NCBI GenBank assembly: GCA_036403055.1
Contig: DASWRR010000056.1
Span: 1-32,864, forward strand
Origin: Ilumatobacteraceae bacterium
GTDB lineage: Bacteria; Actinomycetota; Acidimicrobiia; Acidimicrobiales; Ilumatobacteraceae
Reading direction: 5' to 3'
DNA length: 32,864 nt
Part shown: one piece after another, positions 17,205 to 25,712 of the stretch
How positions within the stretch are numbered: position 1 is the first letter of the stretch
Layout: the number at the start of each line of letters is the position of its first letter
Made by a program: the position numbers and the translations under genes
Notes under the pieces: generated by a model
Database searches by the model: none
Seen by the model: the letters and a program-made list of their open reading frames with translations, nothing else
What the model was told of the DNA's origin: nothing

Positions 17205-17270
17205 ATGGTCATTCGAATCGATGCCGGCGCTCGACGCGCTCCGCTTCACGGCGCTCGTCCCCGGCGATGA
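17205..17270 (+). CDS. Putative 21-codon upstream ORF (MVIRIDAGARRAPLHGARPRR) translationally coupled to the GntR gene
   Basis: A strong SD (AAGGAGG, 17191-17197) lies 7 nt before ATG 17205. The uORF stop TGA (17268-17270) overlaps the GntR ATG (17267) as ATGA. The GntR ATG has no SD of its own. No homology evidence. Confidence 0.3.
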   Translation: MVIRIDAGARRAPLHGARPRR

Positions 17271-17983
17271 GCACCCCGTTCGCGCCGGTCCAGCGACGAA
17301 CCGTCTCCTCGGAGATACGCGCCCAACTGCTCGAGAAGATCCGCACCGGCGAGCTCCAGCCGGGCAGCCCGGTTCCCGCCGAGCGCCAGCTCTGCGAGCA
17401 GTTCGGCGTGGCCCGCACCTCCGTGCGCGAGGCCATCCAGGGCCTGACCGCGTCGGGGTACCTCGAGCGCCGCGGCAATCGTCCGGTGGTTGCCGAGCGG
17501 TTGCCAGAGATCCGGTTGAGCGGTGGCTCGGCGACCCTCGACGAGCGCAAAGCGCTCGTTCGGCAACTGTTCGAGGTGCGGCGAACGATCGAGCCAGCCA
17601 TGTCGGACCTTGCGGCCCGCCGCGCAACCGAGACGGAGCGAGCGGACATCGCCGCGGTGGCGGCACGATCGTCTGACAGCCTCGACGACTTCCGCTCGAT
17701 CGACCGGTCGTTCCACACCGCGATCTCGAGAGCCTGCGGAAACCCGCTGCTGCAAGAGGTCTACGGCAAGACGCTCGGCGCGCTGTTCGATTCCGGCGAG
17801 CTCGCGTCGCTGCTGTACGCCGAGATCAACCGACGTGAAGTCGGCGACATCATCGCATCGTCGACCGCGGCGCATCGCGCGATATCGGATGCCTTGGTCG
17901 CCGGTCGTCGACGACCGACCGTGGCTGCCGTGCAGGCGCACCTCGACGACGTGGAGCGCCGCATGATCGATCGCTTGCTGTGA
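17267..17983 (+). CDS. GntR family transcriptional regulator, FadR subfamily (FCD ligand domain)
   Basis: N-terminal winged HTH (PGSPVPAERQLCEQFGVARTSVREAIQGL) and an all-helical C-terminal FCD-like domain (FEVRRTIEP..., FHTAISRACGNPLL). Confidence 0.9.
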   Translation: MSTPFAPVQRRTVSSEIRAQLLEKIRTGELQPGSPVPAERQLCEQFGVARTSVREAIQGLTASGYLERRGNRPVVAERLPEIRLSGGSATLDERKALVRQLFEVRRTIEPAMSDLAARRATETERADIAAVAARSSDSLDDFRSIDRSFHTAISRACGNPLLQEVYGKTLGALFDSGELASLLYAEINRREVGDIIASSTAAHRAISDALVAGRRRPTVAAVQAHLDDVERRMIDRLL

Positions 17984-18002
17984 CGAGGAGAAGGGACGCC
18001 CG

Positions 18003-18383
18003 ATGGATCTGAAGGATCAGTACTGCCACTTCTACGACGACGATCAGTTCAACGCGACGGATCGACCGGGCTTCAGGCGCAGGGTGATCAACGGCGAGCT
18101 CCTGCAACTGTGCTTCTGGCGCATCGCCGGCGGCGCGACCGGATCGGTGCTGCACAATCACGTCGACCACGAGCAACTCGGGATCATCGTGCGCGGCAAG
18201 CTCGACTTCCGGATCGGTGATCCCGACGACGCGACCCGCTTCGTGCTCGCAGCGGGCGAGGTGTACCTCGCACCGCGATCGGTGTGGCACGGCGACAGCA
18301 TCTTCATCGGCGACGACGAGCTCGACGAGGTGTGGATCCTCGACGTCTTCGCTCCCCCGCGAGAGGACCTTCGAAATGGCTGA
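18003..18383 (+). CDS. Cupin domain protein
   Basis: Cupin motif 1 is G(x)5HxHxxxE (GSVLHNHVDHEQLGIIVRG), and motif 2 is the region around GEVYLAPRSVWHG. SD GAGGAGAAGGGA lies upstream. Confidence 0.8.
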   Translation: MDLKDQYCHFYDDDQFNATDRPGFRRRVINGELLQLCFWRIAGGATGSVLHNHVDHEQLGIIVRGKLDFRIGDPDDATRFVLAAGEVYLAPRSVWHGDSIFIGDDELDEVWILDVFAPPREDLRNG

Positions 18384-20469
18384 CACGTCCAACACACCCG
18401 ATTGGCGGCTGGCAGTCGACATCGGCGGGACGTTCACGGACGTCGTCCTCATCGATGCCGCGAGCGGCCGAGTCGTCGTCGACAAGACGCTCACCACGCC
18501 CGCGGCGCCACTCGACGGCGTACGCGCCGGCGTCCGTCAGCTGCTCCTCAAAGCGGGCGTACGTCCCGCGGACATCACGGCACCGATCGTGCACGCGACC
18601 ACCTTGATCACCAACGCGCTCATCGAAGGAAAGCTCGGTCGCGCCGGTGTCGTCACGACGCACGGCTTCGGCGACACGATGCTGATCCGCGACGAGCACC
18701 GCTACGACATGTACGACCTGCAGATCGAGTTCCCCGACCCGCCGGTGCCACGCGATCGCGTCGTCGAGATCGCCGAACGCACGAACCCTGCTGGTGATGT
18801 CGTCGAGACGCCGACCGCCGCCGACCTCGATGCGATCACCACACAGTTGCGCGATGCGAACGTCGAGTCGGTCGGCGTGTGCTTGATCAATGCGTACGCG
18901 AACCCGGCGAACGAGCGACTCGTCGCCGACCACCTCCGCCGCGAGCTCGGTGTACCCGTGTGCATCTCGGCGGAGATCTCTCCGCAGATCCGCGAATACC
19001 CACGGATGATCACCACCGCATGCAACGCGGCGACGATGCCGGTCATCGGGCCATACCTCGACGAACTGCAGAAGTGGCTCGCGGCAGAGGGGTTCGGCGG
19101 GTCGGTGCTGATGATGCTGTCCAACGGCGGTGTCGTGTCCGCCGACGATGCGGCGCGAGCGCCGATTCGTCTCGTGGAGAGTGGGCCGGCGGCTGGTGCA
19201 CTGGCTGGCAGCTGGTTCGCCCGCCGCCTCGACGAACCGCGTCTGCTGTGCTTCGACATGGGTGGTACGACGGCGAAGTCGTGCCTCATCATCGGCGGCG
19301 AGCCCGAGATCACGAACACCTTCGAGGTCGCCCGCATGTACCGGTTCAAGAAGGGATCCGGCTTTCCTGTCTCCGTTCCTTCGGTCGACCTCGTCGAGAT
19401 CGGCGCGGGCGGCGGCAGCCTGGCGCGCATCGACGAGCTCGGACTGCTCAAGGTCGGCCCCGAATCGTCTGGCGCCGACCCGGGGCCGGCGTGCTACGGC
19501 CGTGGTGGCAACAAGGCAGCGGTGACCGATGCGGATCTGGCGCTCGGCATGCTGGACGCCGGGTACTTCTTGGGCGGCGACATGCGTCTCGACCTCGAAG
19601 CCAATGCCGCGGCGCTCCAGACGATCGCCGGCGGCCTCGGCCTTCCGGCGAGCGACACCGCCGCCGGCATCCACGAGCTGGTCAACCAGAACATGGCGGC
19701 AGCGGCGCGGATGCACGCCGTCGAGCAGGGCCAAGACTTGCGCGGCGTCACGCTCCTCGCGTTCGGGGGCGCAGGTCCGATACATGCGTGCGGAGTCGCC
19801 GAACTGCTCGACTCGCCACGCGTCGTCTTTCCGGTCAACGCCAGCGTGCTCAGCGCGTTCGGCACGCTCGTCTCGCCGGTGCGCATCGATCTGGCGCGGT
19901 CGATGGTCCGCTCGCTCGGCGCAATCTCACATGACGAACGTGATCGGTTGCTCGACGAACTCCGCGAGGAAGGGCGTCGCGTTCTCGCGGCAGCCGGCGT
20001 ACCGGGTGATCGGATCCGATTCAGGTATGGCCTCGATGCGCGGTACCTCGGTCAGGGCAACGAGCTGACGATCTGGGTCGGCGACGGCGATCAGTGGCCG
20101 GCATCCGACGAGCAGGTCGTCGAGCACTTCGAGAGCGACTATCGGCGGGTGTACGGACTGACGATTCCTGATGTCGAGGTGGAGGCGGTGACGTGGCGGC
20201 TGTCGGCCTATGCGAACGCCGACACCGTGGAGCCCGTTGCCGACGTCAACCGCGAACACGGGTCACCGCGGGCGATCCGAACCGTGCGGTTCGACCGCAT
20301 GGGCGGCGCGCTGGAGACGCCGGTGTTCCGGCGATCCGACCTCGGTCGTGGCCAACGGCTGACCGGACCCGCCATCGTCGAAGAGCGCGAGACGACCACG
20401 TTGATCCGGCCGGGTTGGACGGTCGACGTTGCCGACGACGGCTCGCTCGTCGCCGAAAGGAGCATGTGA
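18376..20469 (+). CDS. Hydantoinase/oxoprolinase family protein, A (HyuA-like) subunit
   Basis: The N-terminus WRLAVDIGGTFTDVVLID is the hallmark of hydantoinase_A/5-oxoprolinase/acetone-carboxylase beta-type proteins. The ATG overlaps the cupin stop (ATGGCTGA). Confidence 0.9.
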   Translation: MADTSNTPDWRLAVDIGGTFTDVVLIDAASGRVVVDKTLTTPAAPLDGVRAGVRQLLLKAGVRPADITAPIVHATTLITNALIEGKLGRAGVVTTHGFGDTMLIRDEHRYDMYDLQIEFPDPPVPRDRVVEIAERTNPAGDVVETPTAADLDAITTQLRDANVESVGVCLINAYANPANERLVADHLRRELGVPVCISAEISPQIREYPRMITTACNAATMPVIGPYLDELQKWLAAEGFGGSVLMMLSNGGVVSADDAARAPIRLVESGPAAGALAGSWFARRLDEPRLLCFDMGGTTAKSCLIIGGEPEITNTFEVARMYRFKKGSGFPVSVPSVDLVEIGAGGGSLARIDELGLLKVGPESSGADPGPACYGRGGNKAAVTDADLALGMLDAGYFLGGDMRLDLEANAAALQTIAGGLGLPASDTAAGIHELVNQNMAAAARMHAVEQGQDLRGVTLLAFGGAGPIHACGVAELLDSPRVVFPVNASVLSAFGTLVSPVRIDLARSMVRSLGAISHDERDRLLDELREEGRRVLAAAGVPGDRIRFRYGLDARYLGQGNELTIWVGDGDQWPASDEQVVEHFESDYRRVYGLTIPDVEVEAVTWRLSAYANADTVEPVADVNREHGSPRAIRTVRFDRMGGALETPVFRRSDLGRGQRLTGPAIVEERETTTLIRPGWTVDVADDGSLVAERSM

Positions 20470-22040
20470 TGTCGTTCGATCCGATCGAGCTCGAGGTGCT
20501 CTGGCAGAGCCTCATCGCGACCGTCAACGAGCAGGCTCGTGCGCTGCAACGGGCCGCGTTCTCCCCCATCGTCCGCGAAGCGGGCGACCTCGCCAACGCA
20601 GTGTTCGATCAACGCGGCCGCATGGTCGCCCAAGCGGTCACCGGCACACCGGGGCACATCAACTCTCTGGCACGAGCAGCGACCGCGATCCTCGACGAAC
20701 ACCCACCCGAGTCGCTCGTGGAGGGCGACGTCCTCATCACCAACGACCCGTACAAGACCGCCGGTCAGCTGCTCGACGTCACCGTGCTCTATCCGGTGTT
20801 CCGCGGCGGCAAGGCGATCGCCTTCTTCGGGTCGACGATCCATCACACCGATGTCGGCGGCTATGGGATCGGCGCCGGCGCCCGTGACGTGTTCGAGGAG
20901 GGCCTGTGGATCCCGATCTGCAAGCTGATGAACGCTGGCCAGCGCAATCCTGATGTCTGGCGGTTCATCCTCAGCAACGTGCGCCAACCCGACCACATGT
21001 CCGGCGATCTGCACGCTCAGATGGCATCGGGCGAGGTCGGCGCGCAGCGACTGCTCTCGTTGTGCACGCAGCACGGCCTCGACGACATCGAGGCGCTCGC
21101 CGACGAGATCATCCAACGCAGTGAAGCAGCGACGCGAGCGACGATCCGCGAGCTTCCCGCGGGCACGTACCACGCGAGCGCCGAGCTCGACCTTGCCGAT
21201 GGCAGTCGCATCGACATCGTGTGCGCGATCACCGTCGATCCGGTGGCCGGCGAGATCCTCGTCGACTACGCGGGCTCCTCCGGCGCCAGCCCGTACGGCA
21301 TCAACGTGGTGAAGAACTACACGCACGCGTACACCACGTTCGCGGTTCGATCGGTGCTGAACCCGGAGCTGCCGAACAACCACGGCAGCCTGGCGCCGAT
21401 CCTCGTCGAAGCGCCCGTCGGGTCGATCGTCAACGCGGTGTCACCGCAACCGTGCACCGCCCGGCACGTCGTCGGGATGTTCCTCCCGAACGCCTTGTTG
21501 AAGGCCTTGGCGCAGATCAAGCCGGAACAGGCGATGGCCGAGGGCAGTGGCGCGGTCTGGACGATGCAAGTCTCCGGCAACCACGACGACGGCCGACCGT
21601 TCATCACCGCGATGTTCACGTACGCCGGCGGCGTCGGCGCCCGTGCGCACAAGCCGGGTTTGTCGGCGTGCTCGTACCCGACCGGCGTTGCAGCGGTGCC
21701 GGTCGAAGTCGTCGAGGCCTCGGCGCCCATCCGGTTCCATCGCAAGTCGCTTCGGGCGGGCAGCGGCGGAGACGGTCAGCAGATCGGCGGGATGGGGCAG
21801 ACGGTCGAGTTCAGTGTCGACACGTCGCGACCATGGCAGTTGAACGCGGTGACGTCTCGGCTGGCCGTCCCACCCGAAGGGATCTTCGGCGGCGGCCCGG
21901 GCGCTGCCGGTTCGTTCACCGTCAACGGCGATGCCGTCCGCACCCAGCAACGCGTGACGTTGCAGCCCGGTGACCGGGTCAGCCTCGAGCTCCCTGGCGG
22001 CGGAGGATACGGCGCCATCGAGGAGCCCCAGCCGGCGTGA
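20469..22040 (+). CDS. Hydantoinase B/oxoprolinase family protein (HyuB-like subunit)
   Basis: MSFDPIELEVLWQSLIATVNEQA...ITNDPY...GGGGYG is typical of hydantoinase_B. The ATG overlaps the HyuA stop by 1 nt (TGATG). Confidence 0.9.
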   Translation: MSFDPIELEVLWQSLIATVNEQARALQRAAFSPIVREAGDLANAVFDQRGRMVAQAVTGTPGHINSLARAATAILDEHPPESLVEGDVLITNDPYKTAGQLLDVTVLYPVFRGGKAIAFFGSTIHHTDVGGYGIGAGARDVFEEGLWIPICKLMNAGQRNPDVWRFILSNVRQPDHMSGDLHAQMASGEVGAQRLLSLCTQHGLDDIEALADEIIQRSEAATRATIRELPAGTYHASAELDLADGSRIDIVCAITVDPVAGEILVDYAGSSGASPYGINVVKNYTHAYTTFAVRSVLNPELPNNHGSLAPILVEAPVGSIVNAVSPQPCTARHVVGMFLPNALLKALAQIKPEQAMAEGSGAVWTMQVSGNHDDGRPFITAMFTYAGGVGARAHKPGLSACSYPTGVAAVPVEVVEASAPIRFHRKSLRAGSGGDGQQIGGMGQTVEFSVDTSRPWQLNAVTSRLAVPPEGIFGGGPGAAGSFTVNGDAVRTQQRVTLQPGDRVSLELPGGGGYGAIEEPQPA

Positions 22041-23602
22041 CGACATGGGCCGCCCCTCGATGCTTCGGTGACGTGTGGGCCGCGTCGGTCGCCGCCGGTC
22101 CCACTGCGCCGTTCCTCCGGTTCGAAGCACCATCTGGCGCGGTGTCCGAGTGGACGTACGCCGAGTTCGATGCCGTGGTCGGCCGGATGGCGGCGGCACT
22201 CGTCGCTCATGGTGTGACGCCGGGGTCCGCCGTCCACCTCGCGTTGACCAACAGCCCCGCGTTCGTCGCGGTGTGGATCGCAACCGTCCGCCTCGGCGCG
22301 TGGATCGTCCCGAGTGATCCGATGGGTCGCACCCCCGAGCTGGCGACACACATCGAACGGACGCGGCCGGTCGTCGGACTTCACGCGATCGCGCGCGCCG
22401 GCGACTATTTGCCGGCAGCCAATGGCATGGCAACCATCGCGTTCGACGAAGCGGACACGCATCTCACGCATCTCGGCGACACCATCTTCGGCGACTGGCC
22501 GCAGCTCGGCCTGCACGACCGCAGCGCGGTGATGTTCACCTCCGGCACGACGGGGCGGCCGAAGGGTGTCGAGATCACGCAGGCGAACTACGCCTTCGCC
22601 GGGAAGGTGATGGCCGAGGCCGCTGGCCTCGAAGCCCATCACCGCCAGCTCGTCGTGCTGCCGATGTTCCACGCGAACGCGCAGTACTACTCGTTCGCCT
22701 CGGCGATCTGGGCAGGCGCGTCAGTGGCGTTGATGCACACGTTCTCGGCCACGCGCTTCGTCGCCCAGGCAGCCGATCACGCGGCAACGCATGCGAGTCT
22801 CTTCGCTGCGCCGATCCGGATGATCCTGGCGCGAGGGTCGACGCCGGTCGACGGCCTCCGGCTGCAGCACTGCTGGTACGCGATCAACATCAGCGACGCG
22901 CAGTACAAGGAGCTGGCCACGCTGCTCGGGTGCCGGCCGCGCCAGCTCTACGGCATGACCGAGACGATTCCCGCAGTCCTGACGGAATGCCGGGCGGACC
23001 CGGTGCCGTCGAGCATGGGGGTCGAGACGCCTGGATGCGTCGTCGACCTCCACGACGCGAACGGTCGCCGCGTCGGCGACGGGGAGCTCGGCGAGATCGT
23101 CGTTGGAGGCGAACGCGGCATCACTCTGTTCGCCGGATACCTCGACGATCCCGAGACGACGCAGGCAAGCTTCACCGACGGTTGGTTCCACACCGGTGAT
23201 CGCGCCCGTCGCGAACCCGATGGCAGGTACTACTTCGACGGGCGCCGCGCCGATCTCTTGAAGGTCGCCGGCGAGAACGTGTCGACCGTCGAGGTGGAAC
23301 AGGTCCTGGCAGCGCATCCCGCGATCTTGGAGGCCGCGGTCATCGGCATGCCCGACCCTGTGCGCGACGAGGTCCCGGTTGCTTTCGTGGTGGCGACAGA
23401 CCCGGCGAATCCACCGACCATGACGGAACTGGTCGAGTGGTGCGAACATCGGCTGACGAAGTCGAAGCGGCCCCGCGACATCTCGTTCGTCGCGGAGCTT
23501 CCGCGCACGAGCGTCGGCAAGATACGAAAGTTCCTGTTGAAAGATCCAACCGCAGAAGCGAACCTCGTTGCGGCGGACAACTCGAGAAAGGATGGCTCGT
23601 GA
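22037..23602 (+). CDS. AMP-dependent acyl-CoA ligase (class I adenylate-forming; crotonobetaine/carnitine-CoA-ligase-like)
   Basis: Adenylation motifs FTSGTTGRPKG, YGMTE, TGD and the C-terminal GKIRK. The GTG start overlaps the HyuB stop (GTGA). Confidence 0.88.
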   Translation: MTTWAAPRCFGDVWAASVAAGPTAPFLRFEAPSGAVSEWTYAEFDAVVGRMAAALVAHGVTPGSAVHLALTNSPAFVAVWIATVRLGAWIVPSDPMGRTPELATHIERTRPVVGLHAIARAGDYLPAANGMATIAFDEADTHLTHLGDTIFGDWPQLGLHDRSAVMFTSGTTGRPKGVEITQANYAFAGKVMAEAAGLEAHHRQLVVLPMFHANAQYYSFASAIWAGASVALMHTFSATRFVAQAADHAATHASLFAAPIRMILARGSTPVDGLRLQHCWYAINISDAQYKELATLLGCRPRQLYGMTETIPAVLTECRADPVPSSMGVETPGCVVDLHDANGRRVGDGELGEIVVGGERGITLFAGYLDDPETTQASFTDGWFHTGDRARREPDGRYYFDGRRADLLKVAGENVSTVEVEQVLAAHPAILEAAVIGMPDPVRDEVPVAFVVATDPANPPTMTELVEWCEHRLTKSKRPRDISFVAELPRTSVGKIRKFLLKDPTAEANLVAADNSRKDGS

Positions 23603-24792
23603 TGGCCGAAGAGTCGCTGCTGAACGACGAGCTGTTGACGTCGTTCGATCAGTCGGTGCTCGACGTCGACACGGCATGCACCCTCCCGGCGGTGTGCTAC
23701 ACGACCGAGGAGTTCCTCGACTTCGAGCGTCGCGCCCTGTTCGACCACGAGTGGCTGTGCGTCGGCCGCGCGGACAAGGTTGCCCGCCCCGGCGACTACT
23801 TCACCGCCGCGGTCAACGGCGAGCGCATCATCATCGCCCGCTCCAAAGACGGCGACATCCACGCGTTCTCGGCGATCTGCCAGCATCGTGGGATGCAGAT
23901 CGTCGACGACGTCGGCAACTGCGGCACGTTCACGTGCCCGTATCACCAATGGGTGTACGCGCTCGACGGACGGTTGTTGGGGGCACCGGCGATGGAACGA
24001 ACTGTTGGGTTCACGAAGTCGGAGTGGGGACTACCGAACCTGAAGGTCGAGGTGTGGCTCGGGTTCATCTTCGTCAACTTCGACGCGACCGCCGCTCCAC
24101 TCGCGCCGACATTGGCGCGATACGAGCCGTTCCTCGAGCACTACGACCTCGACAACGCGGCATCGCCGGCCAGCTTCACGCTCACGGATCTGCCGTGGAA
24201 CTGGAAGGTCATGTTCGAGAACTTCAACGACGGATATCACGCAAACCGTCTGCACCACACGATCCAGGACTTCTGCCCGAGCAACCTCGCGTCGTTCCCC
24301 GTTCCGTGGGACGACGCGTCGAACGTCATCTTCAGGACGAACGGCTACACGCACATCGACGGTGGGTTCAACGCGACGACGAAGGCGCTGCTGCCGGTGT
24401 TCCCGGACCTCACGGAAGAAGAGAGGTGGCGTTCGACGTTCGCGCTCGTTCCGCCGACGTTGTGCCTCGGCACTGCGCCTGACCAGGCCTTCTACTTCAT
24501 CGTGACCCCGAAGACGGCGGAGACGATCGATGTAGAGATCGGCTACATGCTGCATCCGAGTGCTCTCGAGCACCCGATGTTCGAGCATCTGTTCGCGATG
24601 AGCGACGCCGGCGTCCAGGTGTTCGTCAAGCAGGATCAGGACGCGACCACGAAGGTCCAACGCGGCATGCATTCGCGCTTCGCCGCGCGCGGGCGCTACT
24701 CGTGGCAGGAAGAGAGCCACGTGCAGTTCAACCGGTGGCTCGTCCAGCGATACCGAAACCATTGGCCCGCTGCACATCCCGATGTTGTCTGA
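23602..24792 (+). CDS. Rieske [2Fe-2S] non-heme-iron oxygenase, alpha/catalytic subunit
   Basis: Rieske motif CQHRG-x16-CPYHQW and a mononuclear iron motif NDGYHANRLHH. The ATG overlaps the ligase stop by 1 nt (TGATG). Confidence 0.9.
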   Translation: MAEESLLNDELLTSFDQSVLDVDTACTLPAVCYTTEEFLDFERRALFDHEWLCVGRADKVARPGDYFTAAVNGERIIIARSKDGDIHAFSAICQHRGMQIVDDVGNCGTFTCPYHQWVYALDGRLLGAPAMERTVGFTKSEWGLPNLKVEVWLGFIFVNFDATAAPLAPTLARYEPFLEHYDLDNAASPASFTLTDLPWNWKVMFENFNDGYHANRLHHTIQDFCPSNLASFPVPWDDASNVIFRTNGYTHIDGGFNATTKALLPVFPDLTEEERWRSTFALVPPTLCLGTAPDQAFYFIVTPKTAETIDVEIGYMLHPSALEHPMFEHLFAMSDAGVQVFVKQDQDATTKVQRGMHSRFAARGRYSWQEESHVQFNRWLVQRYRNHWPAAHPDVV

Positions 24793-24803
24793 CTAAAGTC
24801 AGA
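24788..24803. promoter_or_regulatory. Perfect 16-bp palindrome TCTGACT-AA-AGTCAGA spanning the Rieske stop codon, 2 nt before the MarR-GNAT ATG
   Basis: Read directly. 24788-24794 is the reverse complement of 24797-24803. It fills nearly all of the 13-nt intergenic gap. Confidence 0.45.
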
Positions 24804-24805
24804 GG

Positions 24806-25687
24806 ATGCGCTCTGATGACATCGCCCGCGTCCGTCAGTTCAACCGCACCGTGACGCAAGGAATCGGCGCGCTCGACGACGAGTACCTCTCGCGCAAGCG
24901 GCCGCTCGGCGCTTCCCGGCTGTTGTGGGAGATCGGCAACGACGGTGTCGACGTCCGCTCGATTCGGGCGCGCCTCGGGCTCGATTCCGGATATGTCAGC
25001 CGGCTGTTGCGCAACCTCGAGGCCGAGGGGCTCGTCACCGTCGAACCCGACGCTGCGGATCAGCGTGTGCGCGTCGTCCGGTTGACGAAGCAAGGTCGCA
25101 CAGAGCGCAAGGCGCTCGATCGCCTCAGCGACGAGCTGGCCGCCTCGCTCCTCGCCTCGCTGGACGACGAACGGGCGCGCACGCTCGTCGACGCAATGGG
25201 GACCGTCGAGCGATTGCTGACCGCGGGACTGGTTCAGTTCGAGGTCGAAGACCCCACGAGCGAGGCGTCGTCGTTCTGCCTGCAGTCGTACTTTGTCGAA
25301 CTCGCCGCGCGCTTCGAGAAAGGGTTCGACCCGACGCTGGGCCACTCGGGAGACGTATCGGTGTTCAAGGAGCCCGCCGGGCTGTTCCTCGTTGCGTACC
25401 TTCGTGGCACACCGGTGGGGTGCGGCGGTCTGAAGTTCCACGACCGCGAACCAGCTGACCTCAAGCGGATGTGGGTCGCCACCACGGCGCGCGGACTCGG
25501 GCTCGGCCGCCGACTGCTCACCGAGCTCGAGCACAGGGCCCGCGAGCACGGCGCGCACGTCGTCCGGCTGGAAACGAACAAGTCGCTGACCGAGGCGATC
25601 AACCTGTATCGCTCGACCGGGTACACGGAGATCAACAGCTTCAACGACGAGCCATACGCCGATCACTGGTTCGAGAAGCACCTTTGA
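24806..25687 (+). CDS. Bifunctional MarR-family HTH regulator / GNAT N-acetyltransferase fusion
   Basis: N-terminal MarR wHTH (LGLDSGYVSRLLRNLEAEGLV...DQRVRVVRLTKQG). C-terminal GNAT with an acetyl-CoA motif (ARGLGLGRRLLTELEHRA). Confidence 0.85.
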   Translation: MRSDDIARVRQFNRTVTQGIGALDDEYLSRKRPLGASRLLWEIGNDGVDVRSIRARLGLDSGYVSRLLRNLEAEGLVTVEPDAADQRVRVVRLTKQGRTERKALDRLSDELAASLLASLDDERARTLVDAMGTVERLLTAGLVQFEVEDPTSEASSFCLQSYFVELAARFEKGFDPTLGHSGDVSVFKEPAGLFLVAYLRGTPVGCGGLKFHDREPADLKRMWVATTARGLGLGRRLLTELEHRAREHGAHVVRLETNKSLTEAINLYRSTGYTEINSFNDEPYADHWFEKHL

Positions 25688-25712
25688 ACCGCGGCCGGAA
25701 GGTGCGACCTCG

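Noticed and set aside
18217-18375. Upstream in-frame extension of the HyuA ORF (track start 18217) and of the HyuB ORF (track start 20193).
   Set aside because: Both extensions overlap the preceding genes and lack homology-like sequence. The canonical family N-termini (DIGGTFTD; MSFDPIELEV) begin at the overlapping ATGs 18376 and 20469.
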